Virus record (IMG/VR): IMGVR_UViG_3300008267_000033
Span: 64,001-128,000 of that record
Strand: one strand, 5' to 3'
DNA from: a virus
Taxonomy: Duplodnaviria; Heunggongvirae; Uroviricota; Caudoviricetes
Length of the DNA stretch: 64,000 nucleotides
The notes beneath the pieces were generated by a model. That model searched no databases, had not been told where the DNA came from, and saw only the letters and a program-made list of their open reading frames with translations. This document shows, one piece after another, positions 19,208 to 30,200 of this stretch. Each line of letters starts with the position of its first letter. Position 1 is the first letter of the stretch. The position numbers and the translations under genes were made by a program.

Positions 19208-20092
19208 ATGACTTCAGCAAGAATTTTATACCTAGCACGATATCGTGTGCCACATGCCATCATGAGTTTACAACCTGAGTTTGCCAACAATCTCATTGGC
19301 ATAGATCGTACTTGTATTGCCAGCCCTGTGCCACAGGAAGAACTGTGGCCTGTGTTTGAAAAGTACGGCATTGATACCACCAGGTTAGACTACGCACCTG
19401 ATTCGGACATCTACAGAATCTATCCTGAAGTCAACAACTGGGTATTTGAAGGTGACTACCGAACATACTGGCTGCGCCAGCAGGCCATCAAGTTTGCGTT
19501 CTTAGACTATCTCAACTATGACTTGATGATCATGCACGACTGTGATTGTTTGCTAATCAAACCCTATGAACCTATCAAAGACGGTGTACTAAACTTCCAA
19601 GTGTTGGAGAATGAACGTCACAGTTGGGGTTACTATGAAAGCATCAAGAACGGTCTAGGGTTTGACCGACTTACACCGCACTGTTTTATTAGTGAAAATG
19701 TGCCGGTGCTCAAACAAGACTTCACGGACCTTGTGAAGTTCCTGGAGGAAAAACATCAGAAGAAATGGTTGGATGCCATGATTGATTCATGTCCACCCGA
19801 AGCCACTGTGCCGCCCTGGGGCAACGGCGAGCTCATACGCTGGTTCAGTGAATATGAATTCATTGGTAACTGGATCATGAGTCGCAGACCCATTACCATG
19901 GAATTCCAACGCAGATATCACTACGACAACATGGAAAAGATTGGCGACTTTGATCCTGCATACCACACTGCTGTGTGCGATGCTGTGCCGGACCTGAGAC
20001 TAAGTTTACAAATGGACTGGGACCAAAAAGAAGTTGTAAACTTTGATTACTACATGAACAAGATACGTGAAACTCTTGCACGCCAGTCTTAA
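19208..20092 (+). CDS. GT-A-like protein, DUF6492-like (paralog 1)
   Basis: WLRQQAIKF...MIMHDCD (DxD) and FSEYEFIG; similar to 22434..23276; start ATG 19208. Confidence 0.55.
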   Translation: MTSARILYLARYRVPHAIMSLQPEFANNLIGIDRTCIASPVPQEELWPVFEKYGIDTTRLDYAPDSDIYRIYPEVNNWVFEGDYRTYWLRQQAIKFAFLDYLNYDLMIMHDCDCLLIKPYEPIKDGVLNFQVLENERHSWGYYESIKNGLGFDRLTPHCFISENVPVLKQDFTDLVKFLEEKHQKKWLDAMIDSCPPEATVPPWGNGELIRWFSEYEFIGNWIMSRRPITMEFQRRYHYDNMEKIGDFDPAYHTAVCDAVPDLRLSLQMDWDQKEVVNFDYYMNKIRETLARQS

Positions 20093-21128
20093 AGTATTCT
20101 CTCCTGGCTACCAGGCCACTGAGTGGGGCTTTGGTCACGATCAAATTGTGGACATGGCAACAGCCCTGGCACAACCTCATAAAATAGCAGTGATGCCAGT
20201 GTTCTACAGCCTGCCCAACAAGCATGAATACAACACAGAATACATGCAGTTGCCCTTGCACAAGTTTGACTTGGTGTTGTTTACAGATATTGAGTGGCAT
20301 TCACAAGCAGAACTTGTTGCTTGGATAGAAACCACAGGTGTAGTAAATTGGCTGTTGCACACATCCGGGGTATGGTTGGATGAACCCCAACATCCCCGAG
20401 TGATCTACAGACCAGCATGGAGTTTTAACTTGTTGCGTTGGAATCTGCCACGTGAAGATTTTCCTTCCAACCGTGCCTATGCATTTGAGTGCTTGCTGGG
20501 TGCTAGACGTGAGCACAGAGATTTTGTAATGTTAGGACTGCAACAGTCAGGGTGTTTGGATCAAGGTATTGTGACCTACAGAGATTTATTTGTAGGCCAC
20601 TGGATTGATTCAACACCTGAACGTGTGGCTCAACTGTTCACAGATACAAAACTACAGTATCCGTACGTCAGCGCCAATCTTGATCCTGCGTGGGAAGTCA
20701 AACAAAACATGGACAACTCTGTCAGTGGTCTAGTGCCTTGGGAAATCTACAATAGAACATGGTTTTCAGTAGTGTGTGAAACCCTGGGCCAAGGCCGCAC
20801 ATTTTTGTCAGCAGAAAAAACAGCCAAGTGTTTTCAGGCTCGTAGACTGTTTGTGGTGTTTGCCATACAGGGTTTCTTGCAACAATATCGAGACTGGGGA
20901 TTTGAAACTTTCGGCGATGTCATAGACGAGTCGTATGATACAGAGCCAGATGATGTTCGACGTTGGGGTCGAGCATTTGAACAAGTGCAATGGTTGTGTG
21001 AACAAGATTTGTCTGCACTGTTGCAAAAACTAAAACCTAGACTGGACCACAATCACAACAGACTGTATGAGTTTGAACGAGAAAAAACTCAGGAACTACA
21101 AAATTTTGTTGTGAGTTACTTGAAGTGA
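20067..21128 (+). CDS. Glycosyltransferase-like protein (paralog 3)
   Basis: WFSVVCET...LSAEKTAK...LFVVFA...GFETFGDVIDESYD. Confidence 0.5.
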   Translation: MKLLHASLKVFSPGYQATEWGFGHDQIVDMATALAQPHKIAVMPVFYSLPNKHEYNTEYMQLPLHKFDLVLFTDIEWHSQAELVAWIETTGVVNWLLHTSGVWLDEPQHPRVIYRPAWSFNLLRWNLPREDFPSNRAYAFECLLGARREHRDFVMLGLQQSGCLDQGIVTYRDLFVGHWIDSTPERVAQLFTDTKLQYPYVSANLDPAWEVKQNMDNSVSGLVPWEIYNRTWFSVVCETLGQGRTFLSAEKTAKCFQARRLFVVFAIQGFLQQYRDWGFETFGDVIDESYDTEPDDVRRWGRAFEQVQWLCEQDLSALLQKLKPRLDHNHNRLYEFEREKTQELQNFVVSYLK

Positions 21129-21925
21129 TTTAACCAAGTTTGGTAGAAGTTTTTGGCAATGATCTTTTGTCCTGCAGGGCCAGAATGATAGCCAGGATCT
21201 TCACCAGTGAATGGATTGTTGCCGCATATGGCCTGTGGAGATCGAGCAGAATCCAAGTTGATGTAATGGTCAGGCACAATACTGGGGAATGCCTCACGCC
21301 ATTGTGTTTGGTTGTTGGGATCAAAAGGCCACAGCAAGTTAGGGCAAACAATAAATTTGATGTCATCTAAATACATCATTGTAATACCATCTCTCATGAT
21401 CCATTCATCACACTGTTTTTTCCAAGCGTTGTCGTAGATACTATCAATCCAGTGGCGCACACCTGTCTGTGCTTGACGAGTAATGCGTCCCTGTCTATAA
21501 GGATGATCAAAGTTTTCAGCAAGGGTAAAGATAGTTTCGCAAATCATGTTTGATGGCTCTGTACCATAGTTGACATTGCGGATGCCATCCTCTCTGCAAT
21601 AACCATTACCTAGTTTTCTATTTTGCAAATGTTGTTCCAACGGGGGATTCTCTCCAGAACTGGGTTTTTGATTCCAGTTGTAAGGCACTGAGTCAGCCGG
21701 TATTTCCATTCTGTCCCAGAACGTGGGCATGATCACAGCAAAGTCCGGCCGCTGTCGGCGTATTTCATCTATCTGTATTCTAATGCCGCCATTGCTACAA
21801 CCTTGACGTGCTAGGTTAATCAACTCCCAATCACCCAGTTGCTGAGCCAGCAGTTCACTCCAGGCAGTACCTGGCAATGTTTTTGATACTGCTGAAAAAC
21901 TGCAGCCTGCTACCATTAATTTCAT
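21116..21925 (-). CDS. SGNH/GDSL-like hydrolase (paralog 2)
   Basis: LMVAGCSFS, NLARQGCSN, C-terminal DPGYH. Confidence 0.55.
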   Translation of the reverse strand: MKLMVAGCSFSAVSKTLPGTAWSELLAQQLGDWELINLARQGCSNGGIRIQIDEIRRQRPDFAVIMPTFWDRMEIPADSVPYNWNQKPSSGENPPLEQHLQNRKLGNGYCREDGIRNVNYGTEPSNMICETIFTLAENFDHPYRQGRITRQAQTGVRHWIDSIYDNAWKKQCDEWIMRDGITMMYLDDIKFIVCPNLLWPFDPNNQTQWREAFPSIVPDHYINLDSARSPQAICGNNPFTGEDPGYHSGPAGQKIIAKNFYQTWLNHFK

Positions 21926-22437
21926 ACAGGTTCCTTGTAACTGTTTTGATGTTGTATAATATGAAAGCCAGCAATGATATCACCGTGCATGGGCAATTCA
22001 TCCAGTTTGTATGTGTCTAAAGGCACAGTGTGTGTGACTGTGCCTTGACCAGGCGGAGCAAATGTGATCAGGTGCGGATGCCACTGCACAGAATTATGTA
22101 CCAACACATGATGTATGTGCCCATAGTCTCCTGACTGGTCATGTGTCAGCACTAGGTCAAAATCTTTTGCCAGGTTCCAACAGGCTCGTTCAGCACGTTC
22201 TTGTGTCCAGCGAGTAAATTGTTTTAGTTCATTGTCGTGCCAGTGATCTTCAAAGCCCAGGAACACACAAGGTACACCACGACGCTGCCAAAAATTTGAT
22301 AACTCAGAACCACGTGGATCTTGCGCAGTGTAGGTCAAGTATCCAATGGTCCATGCATGCTCAGGATGGTGGTGTATGTAACTCAATCCAAAGATCACAC
22401 AGTCATCAGGATGAGCCACAAGACACAAGGCTTTCAT
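21922..22437 (-). CDS. PIG-L/LmbE family de-N-acetylase
   Basis: LVAHPDD metal motif and LTH...GDYGHIHH. Confidence 0.8.
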   Translation of the reverse strand: MKALCLVAHPDDCVIFGLSYIHHHPEHAWTIGYLTYTAQDPRGSELSNFWQRRGVPCVFLGFEDHWHDNELKQFTRWTQERAERACWNLAKDFDLVLTHDQSGDYGHIHHVLVHNSVQWHPHLITFAPPGQGTVTHTVPLDTYKLDELPMHGDIIAGFHIIQHQNSYKEPV

Positions 22438-23276
22438 AGATCTGCTGCTGCTGCAATACCACGTTGTGCCAACAAGTCCCGGTACTGTTGCTGTTGCTCA
22501 ACAGTTAGTTTTGCCCAGGCACCTCTATGCACACTCACTGTGAGAGTTTCACCTTTGCGCATTTGATTGATTTTTATTGGCCAAGCATCAGTTTCGTCGT
22601 GACTGACATTTATCACACTGCCGAGACTGTTGTGAGTGTCGTACAGCACATTCAAATTGCCGCATAAGAATTGCACAAAACCTGAATACAATATAAATTC
22701 CGTTACCATGCCTTGTTGTTGGAACCATATGGGGAATGATGTTTTTGTGCGTATGGTCACTTCGGCAATCATCATTCGCACAGTGTCGTTGTGTACAATA
22801 AATGGCACACCACCTGGTCCTATTTGTTGTTGTAAATCAATATCAAACAACTTGTTGACAATTTGTCTGCTGGGCTCAAACACAGGATAGATGGGTAACC
22901 TACCAGTTTGTATTCTGCCTGCTGAATCTACTACGTGAGCAGGAATAATCTCACGCACAAACACAGTTTTGGCATCCAGGATCATGCTATACGTGTTGTA
23001 ACTTATTGATGCGGCCAACAGTTTTAACACCTGTTGACTGACCCAGCCGTTTTCTACAAACGGTGTGGAGAATGCGGTGCGTGGGATTACCAGTACTGAG
23101 TTGGCCAGCGGTCCCCACCAGGCGGGATCAATTTGTGCGGCAATGGTTTCAACATCATTCAACACCACATAGATGTTGCGTATGCCTAACTTTTGGCCAT
23201 ACAACGCCAGGCTTTGTGCCTGTGCTCGTAATACGGGAATTTCTGGTTCAAAAACAACAGTGACAATATCAATCAT
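22434..23276 (-). CDS. GT-A-like protein, DUF6492-like (paralog 2)
   Basis: GWVSQQVLKL...MILDAK, VTEFILY. Confidence 0.55.
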   Translation of the reverse strand: MIDIVTVVFEPEIPVLRAQAQSLALYGQKLGIRNIYVVLNDVETIAAQIDPAWWGPLANSVLVIPRTAFSTPFVENGWVSQQVLKLLAASISYNTYSMILDAKTVFVREIIPAHVVDSAGRIQTGRLPIYPVFEPSRQIVNKLFDIDLQQQIGPGGVPFIVHNDTVRMMIAEVTIRTKTSFPIWFQQQGMVTEFILYSGFVQFLCGNLNVLYDTHNSLGSVINVSHDETDAWPIKINQMRKGETLTVSVHRGAWAKLTVEQQQQYRDLLAQRGIAAAADL

Positions 23277-23309
23277 GCACTTATGTATTTGTGATTCACA
23301 GTCGGGCTG

Positions 23310-23666
23310 TTATTTTCCTGCCACTGCCAAGCCAGCGCCTTTGTTGAAGCTGGGGCTCCATGAATTGGCTTGACGCAGGCCTCGACGTTTTGACCAGTCA
23401 TATCCTGCACGATGTCCTGAACAGTCTTTGGTGCATTCAGATCCCAGGAAGCTGAGTTCTCGCAGTTGATCACGGGTCCACTTGTCAGGAATCACACCGT
23501 GTTTGGCCACAAACTTGTCATGCAATTGCTTGCCAGTAATGCCGTGGTCACGAGCAATGGTTTGCATCATGTGGTCAATTGCACTGTAGCTTTTGGGATC
23601 ATCAAGATCTTTTTCCAAGTCTTCTACTGCATCTTCTTTCAAATGTACAAACTCTTGTGCTCTCAT
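23310..23666 (-). CDS. Putative internal head protein
   Basis: MRAQEF leader; C-terminal Cys module ECTKDCSGHRAGY after an LRE site. Confidence 0.55.
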   Translation of the reverse strand: MRAQEFVHLKEDAVEDLEKDLDDPKSYSAIDHMMQTIARDHGITGKQLHDKFVAKHGVIPDKWTRDQLRELSFLGSECTKDCSGHRAGYDWSKRRGLRQANSWSPSFNKGAGLAVAGK

Positions 23667-25039
23667 TTTTTAGGTTGAACTGCTGTGGGCATGTTGCGAT
23701 ACTGTCGCCGGGCAGGATCGTACACAGTCTTCATGGGACCAAGTCCGGCCAGTTTTTTTACTCTGGCAACCATGTCATCGTATTCATCATCATAGTCAAC
23801 TTCTTTTGGGTCACGATAGTCAGCACCCTTTTGTTGCTCGCCTTCCTCTACACCTGGTTGTTTTTGATCTTGCTGTTGTGCCCATTGAGCAATTTTTCCA
23901 AAAAGTGTGTCAGGAACACCAGAATCCTTAGCAGCCTTTGGATCTCTAATATCAACTACGTTGATGGTTCTATCGGCCAATGGGCCGCTTGCTTGAATAG
24001 GGCCACCTGATGCAATTGTTGCGGCACCTGTATATTTTTTCTCTGGATCATTTAGTCTTTGATCTAATCCCAATTGTTTAGCGGCTGCAGGAGCCAAGGG
24101 TTTTATATCAATAAATGATGCTGAATTACTTGCAGTAGATAAATCTTGGTTGCGACGCCAATTGGCTGCGACGTATGTACCATTGGCCAATCTAACATAA
24201 GTGGTCACTGGTGCAAACATATCTAATTCATTTAAGTTATCTTCCGCCACATCTTGTTCTCTCACACTACTGCGGAAAAGTCTGGCATCATTTGCATCGT
24301 GTTTGCCGCGTTCTAATCCTTTTTCCCACTCGTCGTATTTGCGAGCTTCTCGTGTGGCACTGTAAGGATTGTCCTTGATGGTCTTGCGTTCTTGGTAGGC
24401 TCTACGGCCCAGTTCGTATGCCACACCCACACCGGCCAGTTCATACTCTTCCGCCACACCTTGCTCTCTGACGCTAAGTTTATCAGCAGGATTGCCACCA
24501 CCAAACATATTGCCGAAAGCATCACGGGCACGTTGTTGAGTTTGTTTTTGCTGCTCTTTGCGATCTGCGGTCTTTTGTTTATTAGTGCCCTGTTTGATAG
24601 TTGTCATCATTTTGTCAAAAGGTTTATCACCGGTAGCCTCCGCCACACCTTGTTTCAAATAGCCCCATTCGTCCTTGCTTGTACAGTCACGCTTGGCAAT
24701 GTCTCTACCTTTAAGTTGATCTTCTCTGCGCTTGTCGCCGGCGGCACGTAGTTTAACAACCTTGCCATCATCTTTATTAGCAAGACGACTTGCGGTATTG
24801 ACCATGGCATTGCTTTTGTCTTCCGCCACGCTTTCTGATTTGTTGCCATAGTTGCCAGCACCTTTTTTGCGGCACTGTACCAAGCGTCCGGATGCATAGG
24901 CCGACGGCCATACCTTGGCACTTGCTTTGACTTTGTGATAGCAGGCGTCTTTCTTTTCAGCCAGGATCAAATCACTGAAACTGATGCCACCGCATTCGGG
25001 GCACTGTTGTGGGGCTTCAAAAAGTTCGTCTATGATCAT
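23663..25039 (-). CDS. Modular putative internal head polyprotein with five GVAE-type junctions
   Basis: MIIDELFEA leader; ESVAED, KQGVAEA, EQGVAEE, EQDVAED and QPGVEEG delimit modules; basic module KDACYHKVK...AYASGRLVQCRKKG. Confidence 0.65.
   Translation of the reverse strand: MIIDELFEAPQQCPECGGISFSDLILAEKKDACYHKVKASAKVWPSAYASGRLVQCRKKGAGNYGNKSESVAEDKSNAMVNTASRLANKDDGKVVKLRAAGDKRREDQLKGRDIAKRDCTSKDEWGYLKQGVAEATGDKPFDKMMTTIKQGTNKQKTADRKEQQKQTQQRARDAFGNMFGGGNPADKLSVREQGVAEEYELAGVGVAYELGRRAYQERKTIKDNPYSATREARKYDEWEKGLERGKHDANDARLFRSSVREQDVAEDNLNELDMFAPVTTYVRLANGTYVAANWRRNQDLSTASNSASFIDIKPLAPAAAKQLGLDQRLNDPEKKYTGAATIASGGPIQASGPLADRTINVVDIRDPKAAKDSGVPDTLFGKIAQWAQQQDQKQPGVEEGEQQKGADYRDPKEVDYDDEYDDMVARVKKLAGLGPMKTVYDPARRQYRNMPTAVQPKK
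23842..24838 (-). repeat. GVAE junction motif, 5 copies (23842-23860, 24241-24259, 24448-24466, 24637-24655, 24820-24838)
   Basis: For example GAGCAAGGTGTGGCGGAAG, AAACAAGGTGTGGCGGAGG, GAACAAGATGTGGCGGAAG. Confidence 0.85.
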
Positions 25040-25389
25040 TTCTTTTTAGTGGCCACGTTGATGGCCTTTCCTGTACGGTTGGGGTTGGGATCTTGTCTGC
25101 GTTTTCTTGCGGCTGCTGATGCGCGACCTTTTTTGCCCAGTGCATTGGCCTTGGCCCGGGGCAGGCACTTGGGCTTGCCTTCTGATTCTGATCCTCTGGC
25201 ACAGTCTCCACGGATCTTGCCGTCAGGACCAAAGCGTACCCATTTTTCTTTGAACCAATTGCGGAGATTTTCTTCTAACTCAGCTTCGCGCACAGGCACA
25301 CAGTTGGGCACCTGACGACCACCTTTGTTTTTCATACCTGCTTGGCGATAACCAGTCCAACAGGCTTCAAGAATTTCTTTGTAAGTCAT
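25036..25389 (-). CDS. Basic putative internal head protein with T4 CTS-like leader
   Basis: MTYKEILEA resembles T4 IPIII MKTYQEFIAE; Lys/Arg-rich modules CWTGY...VPNCV and LRNWFKEKW; TAAATA 7 nt upstream. Confidence 0.65.
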   Translation of the reverse strand: MTYKEILEACWTGYRQAGMKNKGGRQVPNCVPVREAELEENLRNWFKEKWVRFGPDGKIRGDCARGSESEGKPKCLPRAKANALGKKGRASAAARKRRQDPNPNRTGKAINVATKKK

Positions 25390-26048
25390 GATTGTTTATT
25401 TATTGGTTTATCTAGATCATATGTCACAGTGTCCGAATCACCCAGGCGCCATTTGGGGTTGGTTTCAACCACCCACTTTTTGGTGGCCACTTTGAAGTCT
25501 GGGAACAGCATTTCTCGGGGATTGCTGGCAGCATCTAAAAAGATACATCTGTTGTTGGGCTGTGCGGCATACTGTCCGTTGTCCAGTTCAATGAAGTTAA
25601 AGCTCTTGTGATCTTCGGGCCATTCTGAATAAGTGGTATCTATGATGTTCATGTCAGGTGCGGCATTGTCCACTGTGAACATGTAGTTGCCCTGATATGA
25701 TTCTCGGTTCTTGGCATAAAATTTACAGCTGAGATTGCGTAGGAATGCTTTCTGAATCACAGCAATGTCATAACTGAAGCAGTCCCAGATCTGCAGGGTG
25801 TCCAAGGCCAGAAACTGGTCAGGTTCTAGGTTGTCTTTACGACTCACATAAGCGTGTAGTGGCAGCTTGTCATACAGTGCGCCATAGCGTGGCAAGTAGG
25901 CTTCTATGCGAAATGCTTGGCTGCGTAGGCTTTTGATTGACACCCATATGCAGGGTTCGTACTCACCGTGACCTTGTTCAAAATCATACAAAAATTCTCT
26001 ACGAACAAAACAATGTATGGGGGGTAAATTTGCTACTAAAAAACTCAT
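25386..26048 (-). CDS. Conserved T4-like phage hypothetical protein
   Basis: MSFLVANLPP...GALYDKLPLHA...QIWDCFSY...GQYAAQPNNR; family recognised from large myophages. Confidence 0.65.
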   Translation of the reverse strand: MSFLVANLPPIHCFVRREFLYDFEQGHGEYEPCIWVSIKSLRSQAFRIEAYLPRYGALYDKLPLHAYVSRKDNLEPDQFLALDTLQIWDCFSYDIAVIQKAFLRNLSCKFYAKNRESYQGNYMFTVDNAAPDMNIIDTTYSEWPEDHKSFNFIELDNGQYAAQPNNRCIFLDAASNPREMLFPDFKVATKKWVVETNPKWRLGDSDTVTYDLDKPINKQS

Positions 26049-26049
26049 A

Positions 26050-27213
26050 TCAGTGAAACATTAAAAATTGGTTGGCCACGTCCAGTCGGCTTGCACCCAA
26101 ATCGCCATGACCTGCAGGGAACACCACAACGTTCCATTTGGGAGCAGGCCCTTCGGGTATGCGATTCATTTCGTCATATGTGATCACAGTGTTGGGATCA
26201 ATTTTGTACTTGGCACCCAGATCCTGGCGGAACTGTTGCCAGGCGTCTGCGCTTTTTACCTGTGTGCGTCCTTTTTCGTCTTTCACATACTTGCCCTTGG
26301 CATCGGTCACAAACAACTCACGGAACATGTCTTTGGGCAGGGTCACAGCGTCTTTCACATGCCGGCCGGCATCTCGTTGTAGTTGAACTGTTTTGACTTC
26401 GCGACTTTGTGCACCTGGTGAAAACTGTTTGACCACGTTGTCCGGCGTGTCAGGGTCTGTAACTATTTGCCCCATCTTGGTGTAGAAGTAAAATTTCACA
26501 TCAGGATTGTTCCGGGCCACATCCATCATCAAGTTGTAGTATTCTTTTGAGAAGAAGTCACCAGCGTCATGTATGCGCACCAGTAGTTTGATGCCATTCT
26601 TGCTGGCCAATGCCGCGGCTTTTTTGACTTCGCTGTCGAACTTCTCCATGTAGTCTGACGGATGATTAACCAGGAAGTTTAGTGCCTGTGCCGCACTCAT
26701 TGAGCTGGCTGGGAACATCACATAGCCGCCTTTTCTGGCATAGCAGTAGGTCTGGCATTCGCCAGCACCGGGGCAGGTGATCACTTCCACAAACTCACCA
26801 GTTTCTTCATCCACCACAATGCCACTCAGGGCTGGCAAGGTCAAGTCATATGTGATGGCGCCTTCCTCTTTGCTCTTGGCCATTTTGGCATTGGTGCCCA
26901 GGATCTGTCTTGGCGGCTGCATGATCTGACTTTTTAAATCGTCTAGGTCCCACTCAGTACCACCGTCATCTCGAGTGATGGCCTTGATATTGCTGCCGTG
27001 TATGATGGGCTTGAATCGGTCAGCCTTGGTCTTGGTACCAGTTTTGATACGAGTTGCATAGTCTTGCATGTCTTGGGCGGACATAGACCGTTGTGGTGCA
27101 TCCAGTTTGAGTGCTTCGTCTGTGGCACCTTGTTCCACATTCAATACTTTGGCAGGAAATCCACCCAGGGTTCGGCCACGTTCAGCAGCTTCTACAATTT
27201 GTCTTATTCTCAT
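26050..27213 (-). CDS. Gp88-like Cys-cluster protein with head-targeting-like leader
   Basis: TCPGAGECQTYCYA, VRIHDAGDFFS, FYFYTK; N-terminus MRIRQIVEA. Confidence 0.6.
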   Translation of the reverse strand: MRIRQIVEAAERGRTLGGFPAKVLNVEQGATDEALKLDAPQRSMSAQDMQDYATRIKTGTKTKADRFKPIIHGSNIKAITRDDGGTEWDLDDLKSQIMQPPRQILGTNAKMAKSKEEGAITYDLTLPALSGIVVDEETGEFVEVITCPGAGECQTYCYARKGGYVMFPASSMSAAQALNFLVNHPSDYMEKFDSEVKKAAALASKNGIKLLVRIHDAGDFFSKEYYNLMMDVARNNPDVKFYFYTKMGQIVTDPDTPDNVVKQFSPGAQSREVKTVQLQRDAGRHVKDAVTLPKDMFRELFVTDAKGKYVKDEKGRTQVKSADAWQQFRQDLGAKYKIDPNTVITYDEMNRIPEGPAPKWNVVVFPAGHGDLGASRLDVANQFLMFH

Positions 27214-30200
27214 TTTCTTTTGGCCTTTGCTCTTCCGGCTTTCATGTTGGCCAGCCAGTGGGCCATGCGTTGCTTTTCACCTGACGAATTCTTTGCTGTC
27301 TTGCGCAAACTGCTGACTGACGCTTTGGTATTTACTCCTGAGCGTTTGGCTAGACCTTTGCGCCCAGGATTCTTGCCATCGGCAAAGTTTTCCGTGACAC
27401 CTTGCTCGTGTAGTCCAAATGCGTCACGAATGATATTTAACAACTCGCTTACACTTGCGTCTGTAGTGGGCAATACGTCTTTGAAAGCATCATCCAAATA
27501 AGGGTCGCCGTCTTCTACAGTACCTAACGCATAGCTAAACATGCCATTACCTTGATTGGCGATCAACATTATGTACCATTGATCATCTGTTTCTTGTCCT
27601 TTGGCAGTAAACAAGAAAGTATCTTCTCCCTCACGTTTACCGTTCCAACCAGTAGCTTTCATTGCACTGTTAATTTTGTTAACAACTTCTGGCCATGATA
27701 AAACATTTCCCAGTGCTGCTTCTGTTACACTTTTGTTGGCATTTCTTAATATCTCAATGACTTTCTCACCGGCTGTTTTTATTGCTTGATCAAGTCCCAT
27801 CTCCTTGGCTTGTTTCTCAGTTTTACCCAAGAAAGGTCGGAGCATACTTTTAGCAACATCTAACCTGGCCTTGACCTCTGCAGGATCTCCGTAACGTATT
27901 TGTTGTCGTTGTCGTTCTCTATCATAGTCTCCGTTGTACATGATGGCATCAGCCAACTCTTGTATATCGTATTGTCTGGCTTTTACTTTTGGATTACGAT
28001 TGACAAACATCTTGTGTTGTCGTATAATCCTTGGATCTAGTACTACACCTTGTGTTGGTTCATTATAAGCAATCCAGCCCGCACCGGGATCATATACACT
28101 GGTGAATCCCAAATCACGCAATACTTTGTTCCAACGAACGATATTGGTTTCATCGTTTGTGCCTAGTCTACTCAAGCAGTCGTAAATCATCCAGTATGGC
28201 GTATCATCATACAATGAATCTGGTTCATCTAATACTTGTTGTATTATTTTTTCAGGGCAGTATTGACTCAGGGCTTGACGTAATTGAGCAGGATCGACTT
28301 GGGTTTGCTGAGTCATTTCATTCGAACGGTCGTATTGAAACAACTGCATATAGGGCATGTTATCTCCCCATGGCAGTGGTTGATAACGGTTGACCATCTG
28401 TATAAAGTATTCCAATGGATAAAAGTAAATACCCTTGGGAGTGTCTTCACTGATGCCCACTTGCGGATTGATCCCCAACTTGGGCTCAGCAGTCATGCTA
28501 ACACCCCAGTTTTCTTGGTCTCTGATATCTTCAGCAAATGCAGCCAGCTCATATTTACCCATCCCATATTTTTTATTCTGATCTGGGTTTTTACGTGCTT
28601 CCGCCATGCCTTGCTTGTTGGACCAAAGCAATTGGCCTTCTTCTTGTGCTATGAGGTGTATGTTGTATCCTGGATGGGTGGGTTGTATGTCATGGTTGTC
28701 AAAGTGAGAAGATAGTTTTTGTAATATTCTTACCACGCCAAGATACTGATCACCCACAAGATCATCAGGTACCACTACCAAGATATCAGTGTCACTGTTT
28801 TTACGATGTTTTCCTGTAGCACGACTGCCATGGAACCAAATTTCTTGTGCTATGGGCATGACTTTGAGTATGGCATCAACCACTGGCTGGCCTGGTTGTT
28901 TGCCCTCCGCCACGCCTTCTTTGACCACAGCAGGCACAGTTTCATCGCCCAGCAAGTTCAACAAAAATGTTCTGTGATGGCCGTCTTGCAAGTGATACGA
29001 GCCATCAGGCAGGGCAGACACTGTGATGGGATTCTTTTGTACAAATTGTCTTAGACGTTGTTGTGCCGCAGGGTCAGCTTTCAATGCATCCACCAGTTGT
29101 CTCATGCTCATGTCTGGTGACACTTGCATGCCAGCAGCGTGGGTCAACACATCTGCTGCTTGCTCAATGTTCACCCCTTGTGTGCCAATGGCACCGTTGG
29201 CTCTGCGCACATTAGCAATGGGAAAATTCTCAATGTCTTCACGCAGGTTCACAGTCTTCATCAACAGTCCAGGCTCGCCATTGCGACCTGTGTTCAAGGC
29301 CAGTTTGTTGGCTTCTTTGCCAGTCTGTCCAGGTTTGATATCCACACTCAGAGCCATGGCATATTGTGGCATGGCTGCTTCACGCTTGTTCTTGGGAATG
29401 TACCCTGAGGCGCCTTCTTCCAATGAATCACGGGCAAAATGTTCAGGATGAGAGTTGGCCCAGTCACGCATGATGATGCCTGCTCTGGCGTTGGCATCAT
29501 TTTCCCACCGACTGCCAGTTTCGCCTGCGTCATCTGGTAACTGACCATGTTGTTGATTTTGTGAGCAGTGAACTAATTCATGTGCCACTGTGCGCAACAC
29601 GTCCATGACATGGCGATTGGGCATGCTTACATTTAGTGTGTGTGATTCTGGATCGTAACGTCCAAAACTTTGATTGCGTTCGCTCCACTCAGGATCAGTG
29701 TGCAAATGAATTTCAGGTGCAGGATCTATGCCCAGCTCTGTTGTGACGTGTTTAATAAAGTCCTGCACAATGTTGTCATCAGATTCAGAGTCTTCCAAGA
29801 AAGACTTGGTACTGGCAGCAACACCATCCGACGTGCTGTAAGGCTGACTCTGCATGCCTTCACCGAAGCCGTAACGAAACCGTTGTCGAGGTGCTTCACG
29901 CAGACTCAGTTTGCGATCTTGTGCGGCTCTACGTGCGTCCCACAGCAGTTTTATACAACCACTATTGCGCAAGATTTTAAACGCAAGATTTTCACAGCCA
30001 AACTCGCCTTGTTGTTCAAGTCCTGCCTGCCGCATGGCCTTGATTTTGTCGGCCAAGGTGGCCATTTTAGATTGATCTCCTGAACGCACAGCATCGTGAA
30101 TACGTGCGTCCAAGTCTGCAACTTTGTCACGCACACACGCATCATCTACCCTGGCACGTTTGCGTTGGGGTATGGAGATCCAGCTATTGTGTTGCACTGA

